Both the position numbers and the translations under genes were made by a program. Below are positions 48,680 to 59,542 of a stretch of 64,000 bases of DNA, one piece after another; the stretch's first letter is position 1; every line of letters begins with the position of its first letter. The stretch spans positions 64,001 through 128,000 of the forward strand of contig CAZWEM010000001.1 of the NCBI GenBank assembly GCA_964632315.1, read 5' to 3'. This stretch comes from an uncultured archaeon. GTDB lineage: Archaea; Asgardarchaeota; Lokiarchaeia; Sigyniarchaeales; SOKP01. The notes under the pieces were generated by a model that saw only the letters and a program-made list of their open reading frames with translations, had not been told where the DNA came from and did not search any database.

Positions 48680-49618
48680 ATGAAAGTAGAAAAATCAAGT
48701 CAAGATCTTGAAAATGAAGTAATTTATGCTGGTTTATGTATTCATTGCGGAAGTTGTAATGCATTCTGTCCCCATATGGATTTTAATAAGGAAACAGGTG
48801 AGGCTTATGTCGTAGATGAGTGCTCTGAGACAATAGGACTTTGTTATAACGCCTGTCCCAGAACATTTTTACCGGTAACAGAGATAGAGGAAAAATTATT
48901 CGGAAAATCACGAGTTGATTTAGGTTTAGGTGTATATAATGACATAGTGCAAGTTAAATCAAAAAATAAAGATGAGATTCTTTATAATTTAGTACTCTCT
49001 GCTTTTGAATCGGGAGTAGTTAAACACTTCGTGTTAAGCGAAGCAAAAAGCAAGAAACCTCCGGTAGCATTTCCGGTGGTTGTTGATGATGCCAAGAATG
49101 CTAAAAAATACATTCCTAAAAAAACAATGGATAATGCTGGACCGTTGATTACCGGAATAGGACAGGCTTATTTGGACAAAAAAAGAGATATCGGTATATT
49201 AGGAAATCCATGTCATCTTCAAGGGCTAGCAAAAATACTCACTAGTGATTTCAATACTGGAGCAGAGCGTACAACATTCAAACTTGCATTTGCTTGTTCT
49301 TCAGGTGGAATGTCTGGATGTAAATACTGTACTGATTTTTCTGGAGAATTTTCGGATATCTCTTATAGTCCTTGGGGTTCTCCAACTGATGGTGAAGCTT
49401 TTTTGATAATAAGAACCGATATTGGTCAGAAAGTGCTCGATCACGCTGTAAAAAAGAAGTACTTAGAAATAACAAACAAGGAACCCGATTTAAGTAAAAT
49501 GAAAACCTTCCTTAATAAGAAGAGAAAGAAAAATTTCTTAAATTTAATAGGAAAACAAAATATCAAAGCTAAATATTTAGAGCTTAATGTTGATGAGTTA
49601 AAGGATTTATTAAGTTAA
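48680..49618 (+). CDS. F420 hydrogenase/dehydrogenase beta-subunit (FrhB/FdhB)-like Fe-S protein, shortened
   Basis: CIHCGSCNAFC ferredoxin unit, LCYNACPR, GNPCH, FAC, GCKYCTDFSGEFSDIS, IIRTDIG. Confidence 0.82.
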   Translation: MKVEKSSQDLENEVIYAGLCIHCGSCNAFCPHMDFNKETGEAYVVDECSETIGLCYNACPRTFLPVTEIEEKLFGKSRVDLGLGVYNDIVQVKSKNKDEILYNLVLSAFESGVVKHFVLSEAKSKKPPVAFPVVVDDAKNAKKYIPKKTMDNAGPLITGIGQAYLDKKRDIGILGNPCHLQGLAKILTSDFNTGAERTTFKLAFACSSGGMSGCKYCTDFSGEFSDISYSPWGSPTDGEAFLIIRTDIGQKVLDHAVKKKYLEITNKEPDLSKMKTFLNKKRKKNFLNLIGKQNIKAKYLELNVDELKDLLS

Positions 49619-49650
49619 TTCTTTTTCTTTTTTACTTTTTTTACTTTCAC
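49619..49650 (+). terminator. T-tract terminator
   Basis: TTCTTTTTCTTTTTTACTTTTTTAC immediately after the stop. Confidence 0.5.
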
Positions 49651-49684
49651 ATAAAAAACGATATTAAACAGAAAAAGCGCTAAT

Positions 49685-50221
49685 CTAAGTTAAGTTTGAA
49701 GATCTGAAAATTTCTTGAGTTAAGATTTCAAAAATTATTGAATTATTATATCCAGTTTTTGAAGATGTCTCAAAGTAATGAGGGATCTGGTATTCTTCTT
49801 GAAATTCTTGTGCAATTTCAGTAGTAACCGCTCGTTTTGAATCAGCTAAATCATGTTTTTCTCCCACAAGGGTAAAAACAGCATTTGGAGAATTCTCTTT
49901 TACGATTCCATACCATTCTTTTAAGTGCTCAAGACTAGAATATCTAGTAAGATCAAAACATAACAAGCAGCCTTTAGCTCCTCGAGAATAATTGGGTAGG
50001 AAGAATCGAAATCGTTTTTCTCCAGCAAAATCCCATATTTGAAGTTTAACGCTTTTTTCATCGACATTAACCGAATAACTAGCCAGATCTGTACCTATTG
50101 TAATCTTTTGCGCAATAAATCTCCCAGTTAGTAAACGTTGTATCATTGTGCTCTTTCCGATGCCACCATCTCCCACTACGACAACTTTGAAGATGAATCT
50201 CCGATTTTGAGTATTACTCAT
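49685..50221 (-). CDS. Rab-like small GTPase
   Basis: FKVVVVGDGGIGKS, TIG, LQIWDFAGEKRF, GEKHD, ETSSK; no CAAX/CC tail. Confidence 0.93.
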   Translation of the reverse strand: MSNTQNRRFIFKVVVVGDGGIGKSTMIQRLLTGRFIAQKITIGTDLASYSVNVDEKSVKLQIWDFAGEKRFRFFLPNYSRGAKGCLLCFDLTRYSSLEHLKEWYGIVKENSPNAVFTLVGEKHDLADSKRAVTTEIAQEFQEEYQIPHYFETSSKTGYNNSIIFEILTQEIFRSSNLT

Positions 50222-50280
50222 TAAATTTTAACACTTAAGAATCTAATTATGAATAATATAGATTTAATTGTAATAAATTT

Positions 50281-51120
50281 TTATTCTAACTCCTCATCAA
50301 AAATGATTTTTCTTAATTTTAAATTTAGTTTTGTTTTAATTTGATCTTGAACATCTTCTGGAAATGTCTCGAATTTAGCTCTAATAACCTCTCGATCGTG
50401 ATAATGTAGATATCTATACATGATGTTTAAATTAATAATAGCCATTATTGGAGTGATGATTAAAATAATACAATATAGTCCAAACAGATAACTTAAGTTA
50501 AACCTTCCTGTATCTAATCCGGGAAAAATTGAAAGAAATTCCGAATCTAAAAATAATGTGAATAAGAGATTTAGAAAGTTGAGAACCAAAAATAACGAAA
50601 ATTCTGAAAGGATTATTCTTAAATATAAATTTTTACTAAGAGTTGAAAAAACGATTTTCTTATTTTCAAACTTAATTTTGATTCGCGCATATCTCCAGAT
50701 GTCAATGAAAATCCATAAAAAGCTGAATGTGAAGATTAATATGAATAAAATGCTAAAGGAAAGGAAAAAATTATCTATAAGCTGTGGATGCAAATAGGAT
50801 TCATAGCCCATCCAGAGCAAGATAATAGATAAGAACATAGAAGCAAAATATAATCGACTTGAATTTTTCTTTTCTGACCCTAGTGGATAATAAATTAGAT
50901 TAGATACTTGAACTAGGTGATTCCTATTAGTTGCTATAATTTTGAAGAAGATAAAGAAAATAAAATTAACAATTGGAAAAAATAATAATAAAATATTTTT
51001 CCATTCTTGACTTATGATGAACAAGAATGCACTTAGAAAAACAATTGTGTCGCGGATTAAACCCTCGCTCAAAACTTCTCTTAAAAGCAAATTTTCCTCA
51101 TTTGGATTAATTTCATTCAT
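50281..51120 (-). CDS. Multi-pass membrane protein of unknown function
   Basis: About 6 F/L/I-rich hydrophobic segments. Confidence 0.75.
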   Translation of the reverse strand: MNEINPNEENLLLREVLSEGLIRDTIVFLSAFLFIISQEWKNILLLFFPIVNFIFFIFFKIIATNRNHLVQVSNLIYYPLGSEKKNSSRLYFASMFLSIILLWMGYESYLHPQLIDNFFLSFSILFILIFTFSFLWIFIDIWRYARIKIKFENKKIVFSTLSKNLYLRIILSEFSLFLVLNFLNLLFTLFLDSEFLSIFPGLDTGRFNLSYLFGLYCIILIITPIMAIINLNIMYRYLHYHDREVIRAKFETFPEDVQDQIKTKLNLKLRKIIFDEELE

Positions 51121-51198
51121 ATGTTGTTTTTAAGCTTCATTAATAATTAAATTTTAATACTCCTTTCCTTAATATAAATTACATTATTGATCTTATCT

Positions 51199-53193
51199 AT
51201 GGTATCATTACAAGATTTTAATATGAAATATCATGAATTTTTTCCTTATGAGGATTTCCGAAATCAACAAGAAACCATAATTAGAAAAGTTGAAAGAGCA
51301 TCTAATGAAAAAAAAAATATTTTATTAGTTGCTCCCAATGGAACAGGAAAAACGATAATTGCGCTAAGTGCCCTTTTACCACTCGCTTATCAAAAAGATC
51401 TTAAAATCATTTATGTTTGTCGAACCCATGCTCAAAATACCAGAATTATCAAAGAATTAAAGCATATTTCAAAATTCATAGAAAATATTAACAAGACTCT
51501 GAGAGTGAGTGGATTATCAATTCGGGGGAGAACTGATATGTGTTTGAATGAAACATTATTAAACCTCAAGTTAGGACCAAAGGAATCAATGTCTGTATGT
51601 TTTGATTTTAGGACTAACCGAAATTGCCGATACTTTAACAAACTTACGAAAGATAAGGATCTTCTAGATAATCTTGGTAAATTAGCGCCTAATCTAATTG
51701 ATAAACCAGTTGATGCTGAAGAATTAATAGATTTTTGTAAAGAAAAAGCAATTTGTCCTTATTATCTTAGTAAGCTTTTATTGAAACATATGAAACTGGT
51801 CATTTGTAATTACCAATGGGTATTCAATCCACACATTAGGGATAATTTCCTTCAATTAATTGAAAAAGACATTGAAAATTGTATTTTGGTGATTGATGAG
51901 TGTCATAATTTAATTGACGTTGCTACTGAAATTAACTCCAAAAAACTCACGCCTTATTCAATGAGATTATGCTTAAGAGATTTAGAGATGTATCAATCCC
52001 CTCCTATGATGCAGGAATTTCTGAGTATGCTTATAAATCATTTGAATAAAAAGAAAAGTAATTTAAAGTATGGAGAACAAGCTGTAAACCCCTCTAATTT
52101 CTTGAATCAAATAAATAAACATTTAGGCTTTAAATCTCTGAGGGAATTTGAAAATTTCATCAAAGATATTCAAGATTTTGGGCTTTCGATTAAAAAAGAA
52201 AAATTTGCTAATGGGGAAGTATCTAGGGACTATATTGGCGCTTTTACAGAATTTTGGTTAAAATGGCTTATGACTTATTCAAGAAATAATTACTTTTTTT
52301 GCTATAACAGAAGAAGCGTTGGCAGCAAAATTAGTGTATCCTTGGAAATTGTCGCATTGGATCCAAGGGAAGTAGTGATTCCCATTTTAAGAGATTCATA
52401 TGCGAATTTAAATCTCTCAGGAACAGTTAATCCTTATGTATATACAAATTTAATGGGTTTAAAAAAAAGCGGGAAAGAATATGAAGAAATTAATGGAGAT
52501 TCTATATTCAAGAAAGAGAATGTTAAAGCATTGATAATTGAAGGTGTAAATACAAAAAATGTCAATAGAACATCTTCGATGTATAAAAAAATTGTTGGAA
52601 AGATTGAAGAAGTAATTTATAGTACGCCAGCAAATATTGGTATCTTTTGTGCTTCATACAAAATACTTGATGCATTGGTTTCAAATGGGATTAGAAACGT
52701 GGCAATTAAGTATAATAAAAAACTATTTATTGAAGAACCAGGACTTTCTGCGTCAGAAAACTCCTTATTGATTAATGACTTTAAATCAATGGCTAGTCAA
52801 CCTAATCAAGGAGCAATTTTGTTAGGAGTTTGTGGGGGAAGAAATTCAGAAGGAGAAGATTATCCCGGTGATTATATGAACTCTGTTGTAATTGCAGGTT
52901 TTCCTTATCATTTACCTACACCTCGAGTTGAAGCTAAAATTGCATACTATAATAAAGCTTTTAACGGAAATGGATGGAACTTAGCTTATTTATATCCAGC
53001 TATTCAAAGAGCTAATCAAGCTAGTGGAAGACCAATTAGAAAAATAACGGATAAAGGAGCACTTATTTTTATGGATTCTCGATTCAAGCAGAAGCTCAAT
53101 TGGATCTCTCCCTGGATAAGGGACCAAATTAAAATTATTCCAGATAGGAGTAACTTGATCATGGAAGAATTACACGATTTTTGGAGAACATAA
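51199..53193 (+). CDS. xpd: XPD/Rad3/DinG family Fe-S DNA helicase
   Basis: FPY..RNQQ Q-motif, APNGTGKT, Fe-S Cys (MC, VC, NC, ICPYY), DECH, SGT, SEG, QASGRPIR. Confidence 0.93.
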   Translation: MVSLQDFNMKYHEFFPYEDFRNQQETIIRKVERASNEKKNILLVAPNGTGKTIIALSALLPLAYQKDLKIIYVCRTHAQNTRIIKELKHISKFIENINKTLRVSGLSIRGRTDMCLNETLLNLKLGPKESMSVCFDFRTNRNCRYFNKLTKDKDLLDNLGKLAPNLIDKPVDAEELIDFCKEKAICPYYLSKLLLKHMKLVICNYQWVFNPHIRDNFLQLIEKDIENCILVIDECHNLIDVATEINSKKLTPYSMRLCLRDLEMYQSPPMMQEFLSMLINHLNKKKSNLKYGEQAVNPSNFLNQINKHLGFKSLREFENFIKDIQDFGLSIKKEKFANGEVSRDYIGAFTEFWLKWLMTYSRNNYFFCYNRRSVGSKISVSLEIVALDPREVVIPILRDSYANLNLSGTVNPYVYTNLMGLKKSGKEYEEINGDSIFKKENVKALIIEGVNTKNVNRTSSMYKKIVGKIEEVIYSTPANIGIFCASYKILDALVSNGIRNVAIKYNKKLFIEEPGLSASENSLLINDFKSMASQPNQGAILLGVCGGRNSEGEDYPGDYMNSVVIAGFPYHLPTPRVEAKIAYYNKAFNGNGWNLAYLYPAIQRANQASGRPIRKITDKGALIFMDSRFKQKLNWISPWIRDQIKIIPDRSNLIMEELHDFWRT

Positions 53194-53221
53194 TATTTGT
53201 AATCAGAAATCTATTATGGCT

Positions 53222-54985
53222 TCATTCAATCAAGCTCTGATATATTGTAACTAACTTATGAGTTACTTTCTCCCAAGTAAAATTATTTTTTACCCGCTTC
53301 GAGCAATTTTCTCTCATTTTAAAATAAAACAAAGGATCATCTACCACGTAAGACTTTACATTTTCATCGGGTATTAGATTAATTAAAGTATTCAAATCAG
53401 TGGAAACTCGTTGATTTTTTGATAAATAAGCTATTTTTGCTGCAATTAGAAGTGAAATTAAGGCATCAACAAACTCTTTTCCGTTGTCCTTATTTATTAA
53501 GATTCCTGTACCATTTTTTGGATCTTCTCTAATATCTAGTATTGTTTCTTGTAATCCTCCAACTTTTGTCGCAATTACAGGGACTTTAGAAGCCATTGCT
53601 TCGAGAGCCATAATTCCAAATGGTTCCCATCTTGATAAAGCACAATACGCATCTGAAGCAATATGTGCTAAGTAAAAAATGTCAGATGCGACTCCAAAAA
53701 TAATTCGAATATTTTCTGGAAATTTCTTAACATATGCAGAATACGTTTTTATTTCTTTTAAGCTATATTCAGTCGGTAAAATTAAAAATAGAAATTTCGC
53801 ATCGGGGATGATTTTAATTACATCTTGAACCCTTTCTAATATTATCTCAAATCCTTTTTGCGGTGAAATCCTACCTGTCGTTAATATTAGTGGTCCAGAG
53901 TCTTGAAATGCCTTAATACGACCATTTCTTACAAATGGATTACCATTTGAAATTTCATTTATTTCTTTTAAAACCTTTGGAGATCTAATTAAGGGACTTT
54001 CACTAAGATTCCCAAGTTTATATTCTAAGAGGTATTTTTTCAAATTTTCTTTAGTAAGAGAAAGATCATCTTGAAGGGTCAAAAATTCACGAACTTCTAT
54101 TCCATGATTTTTAATGACATTTGAGTATAATTCATCATAATCCCAATCACATCCATCCCAAATAAAGTCTGATTTAAATCTAATTAATTCCTTTCCACAG
54201 TTAGGGATTATATCTGATAATAAGTATGATTGACTCACACTTGTTACCAAATCACATACAATGGCTCCTATTTTTTCTACAGTAGGTATTTCTTCCGTTT
54301 CTTTACTCAGTGCAAAAATCTTATCGAAGTTTAAGTATTTTATTCCGTCTTTTAATTTAATTCTTATAGCAGTATCATCAATTCCCCAAGCTTTGTAAAA
54401 TTTTTTCTCTATTCTCGGATAAGTTAATAGATGAATAGTAATAATAGATGGGATGAAAATATCATGATTTTCAATTAATTGTTTAATCGAGAGATAAGGA
54501 AATACAACGTGGTAATCGTGTAAATGAATAATATTTGGTAATAATTCCGGGTATTCATGTAGAAAATGATCCACTAAAAATTTCATCCCTAAACTAAAAA
54601 ATCCAACTTTGCCTTTTATGGTATCTGGGTTATAAACTGTAGGATCATCTAAAAACTTCCTTGTAAATGGATTATTTCCTGAAACCAGGATCACAGTCAC
54701 TTTTTGCTTCTGATACTTAAAAAAAGAAATATCAAATATTTCATTTGAGTCTTCTAAGCCAAATTTATCAGTATTTATAAGCCCTTTATAACTGATCGGA
54801 ATCTTTTCAATCTTTTCATTTTGCTTAATTTTCTCAACTTGACCATGTGCTGGCATGAATACTGTGATATCATATAAATCTGCTAAATGTTTTGCTTGGT
54901 TTGCGGGAACTTCACCTAATCCTCCAACTTTCATAACCCCAGCAAATTCAAAGGTGAAAATCCAGATTTTCTGTTTAGTTGACAT
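53222..54985 (-). CDS. glgA: Glycogen synthase (GT5)
   Basis: KVGGLG, HLHDYH, GRISPQKG, WEPFGIMALE. Confidence 0.88.
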   Translation of the reverse strand: MSTKQKIWIFTFEFAGVMKVGGLGEVPANQAKHLADLYDITVFMPAHGQVEKIKQNEKIEKIPISYKGLINTDKFGLEDSNEIFDISFFKYQKQKVTVILVSGNNPFTRKFLDDPTVYNPDTIKGKVGFFSLGMKFLVDHFLHEYPELLPNIIHLHDYHVVFPYLSIKQLIENHDIFIPSIITIHLLTYPRIEKKFYKAWGIDDTAIRIKLKDGIKYLNFDKIFALSKETEEIPTVEKIGAIVCDLVTSVSQSYLLSDIIPNCGKELIRFKSDFIWDGCDWDYDELYSNVIKNHGIEVREFLTLQDDLSLTKENLKKYLLEYKLGNLSESPLIRSPKVLKEINEISNGNPFVRNGRIKAFQDSGPLILTTGRISPQKGFEIILERVQDVIKIIPDAKFLFLILPTEYSLKEIKTYSAYVKKFPENIRIIFGVASDIFYLAHIASDAYCALSRWEPFGIMALEAMASKVPVIATKVGGLQETILDIREDPKNGTGILINKDNGKEFVDALISLLIAAKIAYLSKNQRVSTDLNTLINLIPDENVKSYVVDDPLFYFKMRENCSKRVKNNFTWEKVTHKLVTIYQSLIE

Positions 54986-55088
54986 TGCCGCTCTAAAAAT
55001 CTTAAGTCTTTATTTATTTTAGATATCTAATTATAGCTATAAATAGTTAATTAAAAATGTAATTAGTTTAAGTTATTAGTACATGCAT

Positions 55089-56726
55089 TTATGATTTATG
55101 CCTTAAAATTTGCCCCCCTAATTCACCAGAGTGCACTCCATGAGAGACAGTGATCACTCCATTAATAATGACATAATCTATTCCTTTTGGAGGGCTAGAT
55201 CCATTTTTTAAAGTTCCAGTTTCATCAATCTCTTCTAAGTCAAATATTACAATATCAGCATTAAATCCCTCTTTAATTAATCCTCTACTTGTAAGTGAGA
55301 GGATTGAGGCCGGTAATGAAGTCATTTTTCTAATCATCTCTTCTATTGAAAACAAACCTTTCTCCCTTACCCACCTAGCAATGATTCTAGGAAAAGCTCC
55401 GTAGGTACGTGGATGGTTGTTTCCTCCAACAATCAAAACAGCATCTGAACTCGGGGCTACGTATATTTGTTTAAATATAGGGATCATGCTTAATTCTTCA
55501 TCTTTTTGTTGGATCCTAATCATTATTCCTCCCTCTTCATCTACAAAATAATCTAATAAAGCATCTTCTAATTCTTTTTCGGGATAAAGAGATGTTAGAA
55601 CTTCATATAAAGTCTTTCCCTCAGCGGTGTGATTATGTAATGCATATATAATAATTACTCCCTTGCTCAAAATTGGTACTATTCTTTTTCTGAGTAGAAA
55701 CTTTGGCACTAACTTCATATAAAGGGGAGCATCTGATAAGAACATTGAATATAATTTATCAAAAATTTCACTTTTTATCAGTTTTCTTGTATTCTCATCT
55801 TTCAAATTACCCTTAAAATCATCATAAACCCATGTTGGAAGTAAAACAAAAGAGAGACTTGTAAATCCATCATCATAAACAGTCATATCCGCTGTAATAT
55901 TTAAACCCTCTTTTCTTGAATTATTTACTAATTCAATTGCTTCTTTTGTTAAATCTTCATACTTATATCGACTAATAGCGCTCCAATGTGAAATATGCGC
56001 TTGAACTTTTGCTTCTTTAGCTATTCGTAGTAGTTCATTCATTCCAATATCGATAACACCAGCACCTTCGTTTCTCATATGAGAATCATAAAAACCATTA
56101 AATTCGCTTATCACTTTTGTTATTTCAATCAATTCTTCAGTACTTGTTGAAGAGCCTGGAGGATAAACTAATCCTGTTGACAAACCAAAGGCTCCAAATT
56201 CCATGTTCTCCCGAATAAGCTGTTTCATTTGATTCAATTCATCTTGGTTTGCAGGTCTAGTTTCTGTACCCATAATATATGCTCTTACATTTCCCTGGGG
56301 GATCATTAACCCGATATTAATAGATACTCCTTTACTTTCCAAAGCTTTTGAGAATTGCTCTAGGTCTTCATAAAGACTTGGGGATGCGCAGAAAGCTTTG
56401 TTTACAAAATTATAGTAATACTTTTTAACATTGTCATTGGCGGGATATACTCCAATACCACAAACCCCCGTTAGAATCGTGGTTATGCCCTGATTTACAT
56501 ATGCCTCTGCCTTGTTTTCCTCTAAGATTGTTAAATCTGCGTGATTATGTATATCTATAAAACCAGGACTGACGTATCTCCCTCCAGCATCAATTATTTC
56601 GCTTGAGGAAGACTCAATTTCTGGAGCTATTTTTACAATCTTTCCATCCTTTATCAATATATCCAATTTTTTGGCTGGTGAGCCATTTCCATCGATAACT
56701 TTCCCATTTTTAATTAATAATTGCAT
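55089..56726 (-). CDS. N-acyl-D-amino-acid deacylase family amidohydrolase
   Basis: PGFIDIHNHAD, GVCG, GLSTGLVYPPG, SHMRNE, HISH, SSD, HPRTYGAFPR. Confidence 0.9.
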   Translation of the reverse strand: MQLLIKNGKVIDGNGSPAKKLDILIKDGKIVKIAPEIESSSSEIIDAGGRYVSPGFIDIHNHADLTILEENKAEAYVNQGITTILTGVCGIGVYPANDNVKKYYYNFVNKAFCASPSLYEDLEQFSKALESKGVSINIGLMIPQGNVRAYIMGTETRPANQDELNQMKQLIRENMEFGAFGLSTGLVYPPGSSTSTEELIEITKVISEFNGFYDSHMRNEGAGVIDIGMNELLRIAKEAKVQAHISHWSAISRYKYEDLTKEAIELVNNSRKEGLNITADMTVYDDGFTSLSFVLLPTWVYDDFKGNLKDENTRKLIKSEIFDKLYSMFLSDAPLYMKLVPKFLLRKRIVPILSKGVIIIYALHNHTAEGKTLYEVLTSLYPEKELEDALLDYFVDEEGGIMIRIQQKDEELSMIPIFKQIYVAPSSDAVLIVGGNNHPRTYGAFPRIIARWVREKGLFSIEEMIRKMTSLPASILSLTSRGLIKEGFNADIVIFDLEEIDETGTLKNGSSPPKGIDYVIINGVITVSHGVHSGELGGQILRHKS

Positions 56727-56810
56727 AAAGCTTCAAATTCAGTTGGAGTAATTAGAATTAATAGTATTGAATAAGAAAATTCATAATGTTATTTTAATTC
56801 TTTTTCAATA

Positions 56811-57977
56811 ATGTGTGATACTCTTGTAGCTTTAGCCAATTCCACCAAAGATGGAAGTGTGATATTTGGAAAAAATAGTGATCGCCCCCGGTTAGAAGCC
56901 CAATTAATTAGCTATATTCCTCGAAAAAAATGGACTGAAAAAGAAGTGGAATGTACCTACATATCTATCCCACAAGTTAAAGAAACCGCCTCTGTAATTT
57001 TAAGTCAACCTTTCTGGATGTGGGGTGCTGAAATGGGAGCAAATGAGTATGGAGTAGTTATTGGGAACGAAGCAGTACATTCTTATGAACCAATTAGAGA
57101 TACTGGTTTATTAGGCATGGATCTATTGAGATTATCCCTCGAAAGAGGAAAAAATGCACTTGGGTCAGTTCAAATAATTACTAATTTATTGGAAGAATAC
57201 CATCAAGGAGGTGGATGTGCGTTTAATGATTCAAGTTGGAGTTATCATAATTCATTCATTGTAGCGGATTCCAAAGAAGCTTATGTTCTAGAAACTGCTG
57301 ATGATTGGTGGATAGTAGAAAAAGTTGTTAATGTCAGATCTATCTCGAATGGTCTCAGCATAAGGGGTAAAGGTGATTTTCGTCGAAAAGGTATAATACA
57401 ACATGCAATTGAAAAGGCCTATTGTAAAGATGATGATGATTTTGATTTTACCCTAACATTTTCGGGTTCAGATGGTGTAAGTCCATTTTCTCGAGGAGAA
57501 AAGTCCCAAAATTTACTATTTGAAAATGTAAATCAAATTAATCCGGAAATGATGATGGATTTCTTAAGGGAACATGAGGCAGGAATATGCATGCATGGTG
57601 GTTTTGAGTCTACTGGTTCTCAAGTTTCCCATTTAAAAGATGATGAGTGCCATATCCATTGGTTTACGGGTACTACTCTGCCGTGTCTTAGCATTTATAA
57701 ACCCTATCACTTTCCAGCTGATGAACAAGTTTTTCTATCTCCAGGACCTTATACGAAAGTGAATCAAAACTGGATTTGGGCAAAACACTCAAATTTTATA
57801 AAACATAACCTTAATACTGATTTCAAAGAAAAGTTTGGAAACCTTGAGACTAAAATTAAAAATCAAGTTAAAAACATAATCACTAAATGTTCTGCGCAAA
57901 CAAGAGACAAAGTTAATAAAGATATTACATATCTAAATCAGCAAATTTGGAAATCCATGCAAAATTTAATCAATTGA
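56811..57977 (+). CDS. Secernin/peptidase C69 family Ntn-hydrolase
   Basis: MCDT N-terminal Cys, FGKNSDR, WMWGAEMGANEYGVVIGNEA, GMDLLRL, ICMH. Confidence 0.92.
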   Translation: MCDTLVALANSTKDGSVIFGKNSDRPRLEAQLISYIPRKKWTEKEVECTYISIPQVKETASVILSQPFWMWGAEMGANEYGVVIGNEAVHSYEPIRDTGLLGMDLLRLSLERGKNALGSVQIITNLLEEYHQGGGCAFNDSSWSYHNSFIVADSKEAYVLETADDWWIVEKVVNVRSISNGLSIRGKGDFRRKGIIQHAIEKAYCKDDDDFDFTLTFSGSDGVSPFSRGEKSQNLLFENVNQINPEMMMDFLREHEAGICMHGGFESTGSQVSHLKDDECHIHWFTGTTLPCLSIYKPYHFPADEQVFLSPGPYTKVNQNWIWAKHSNFIKHNLNTDFKEKFGNLETKIKNQVKNIITKCSAQTRDKVNKDITYLNQQIWKSMQNLIN

Positions 57978-57984
57978 GAATAGG

Positions 57985-59376
57985 TCATTTAGTCACACTT
58001 TTTAGAAGTGTTTTTGATTGGATTTCGATAATTTGTCCACATAAAGGACTAAAACACATAAAAGGTTCATATCCTCCCTCGTCAATATATGTTTTCAAGG
58101 GGAAAAGATAACCAATCCAATCTTGGGAGTTTTGAAAAATAAAAGTATTTTTTTCAGAGGTTGGAGAAGATATTAAAATCCTTTTTCCTATCTCGTCAAA
58201 TAATTCTCCGGGTATGGTCATAATTCCAAGATTCGGTCCTGATTGAGCCTTTAATATGATGAATTGAATCACCGTTTCACAATATTTTCTTAAATTTCTA
58301 CGTATAATCTTAAAAAATGGAAAATTGACGCTATCCTGATCAAATCGTGCTATTTTGAATAGAAAATATTTTTTTATTGCCCATTTTAATGAATTTCCAA
58401 ACCACGTTTTTGAAAAGTATCTCGCATCTTTCATTGGAATAGTTAAATTCTTAGAATAATTCTTAAGCTTGAAATTTTCAATGTAGTCTTCCTCTTTTAT
58501 AGAATTCGCTAATTTAAGAGATTCTTCAGCAATTGTAAATCCTATCTTTTTTGTGTGCTCATATGTTCCTAGCTGATCATAAGTCAATTTTTTGTCTTCC
58601 TCAATTTTCTTTAAATCTGTGCCCGAAGTGGTGATTGGATTTAAGTCTCCAGATGGTCCATTAAAATATATACATTTAATAGAGTTATTAGTCAGTTCTT
58701 CAATTTTAGCGATTATCCTTCCGGGATAATCGGCAGACAATTTGTTATTTTTGAATGATAAAGATGTTGGATGGCAAGCATAGTTAATGACTAAACCAAT
58801 TATTTTTTCTTCGTTTAAACTTTTAAATGAGATTACTCCAAGGTAAGGCATTGTATTTCTTAACGGCCATCTACGATTCACGACTAAATTGGGATTAAAC
58901 TCCTCTTTTTTCCATGCCCCTTTACATGGTTGTAAATTGTTCTTTAACCTTTCAACCATTTGAGATATCCTATCAGACATCCAAATTATAAATTTGTCGT
59001 TTTTATTGTCTGCAAACATAACACCTTTAATAAATGCGAATGCTCCTCCTTGGTAATAAAACTCCCCTGTTAGGTCAAATGAGGAATGAGTATGAGTAGC
59101 ATGGATAATTATATCATCTAGATGTAAAAAATTGACCCTATCAATAATCCTTTTCTTAATATATTCTACTATGGAAAAGGGTAATTTAAGAATATCTACA
59201 GAAATTAATAATAAATGTTTTTCTTTATCCACTTCATCTTTGACCCTAAGTAAAACCCCATAGGCATAAATATTATCTAATTTTCCTAAGCAACGCTCCT
59301 TTCGATCATATCCAGCTAAGGGTTTACCATAATAATCTTTTGGTGTAATATCTATCTTGTCAAAAGCAACCTTCAT
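57985..59376 (-). CDS. Neutral/alkaline ceramidase-like metalloamidase
   Basis: IDITP, LAGY, HATHTHSS, NRR, NYACHPT, SADYPG, GPSGDLNP, IPGELF, GGYE. Confidence 0.85.
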   Translation of the reverse strand: MKVAFDKIDITPKDYYGKPLAGYDRKERCLGKLDNIYAYGVLLRVKDEVDKEKHLLLISVDILKLPFSIVEYIKKRIIDRVNFLHLDDIIIHATHTHSSFDLTGEFYYQGGAFAFIKGVMFADNKNDKFIIWMSDRISQMVERLKNNLQPCKGAWKKEEFNPNLVVNRRWPLRNTMPYLGVISFKSLNEEKIIGLVINYACHPTSLSFKNNKLSADYPGRIIAKIEELTNNSIKCIYFNGPSGDLNPITTSGTDLKKIEEDKKLTYDQLGTYEHTKKIGFTIAEESLKLANSIKEEDYIENFKLKNYSKNLTIPMKDARYFSKTWFGNSLKWAIKKYFLFKIARFDQDSVNFPFFKIIRRNLRKYCETVIQFIILKAQSGPNLGIMTIPGELFDEIGKRILISSPTSEKNTFIFQNSQDWIGYLFPLKTYIDEGGYEPFMCFSPLCGQIIEIQSKTLLKSVTK

Positions 59377-59542
59377 TAACTGTATTAAATTAATTGATTT
59401 CAAAAATGTTATCTTTCAAAAGAAAATAGACTCTCTGATATCTTTTAGCAAAATTTTTATTTTTTTAAATATTTGAATTATTAATTTCATTTTATTATTA
59501 AGAAGAGTCCTGTTTACGTTGAATAAATTAGAACTGTTAGGT

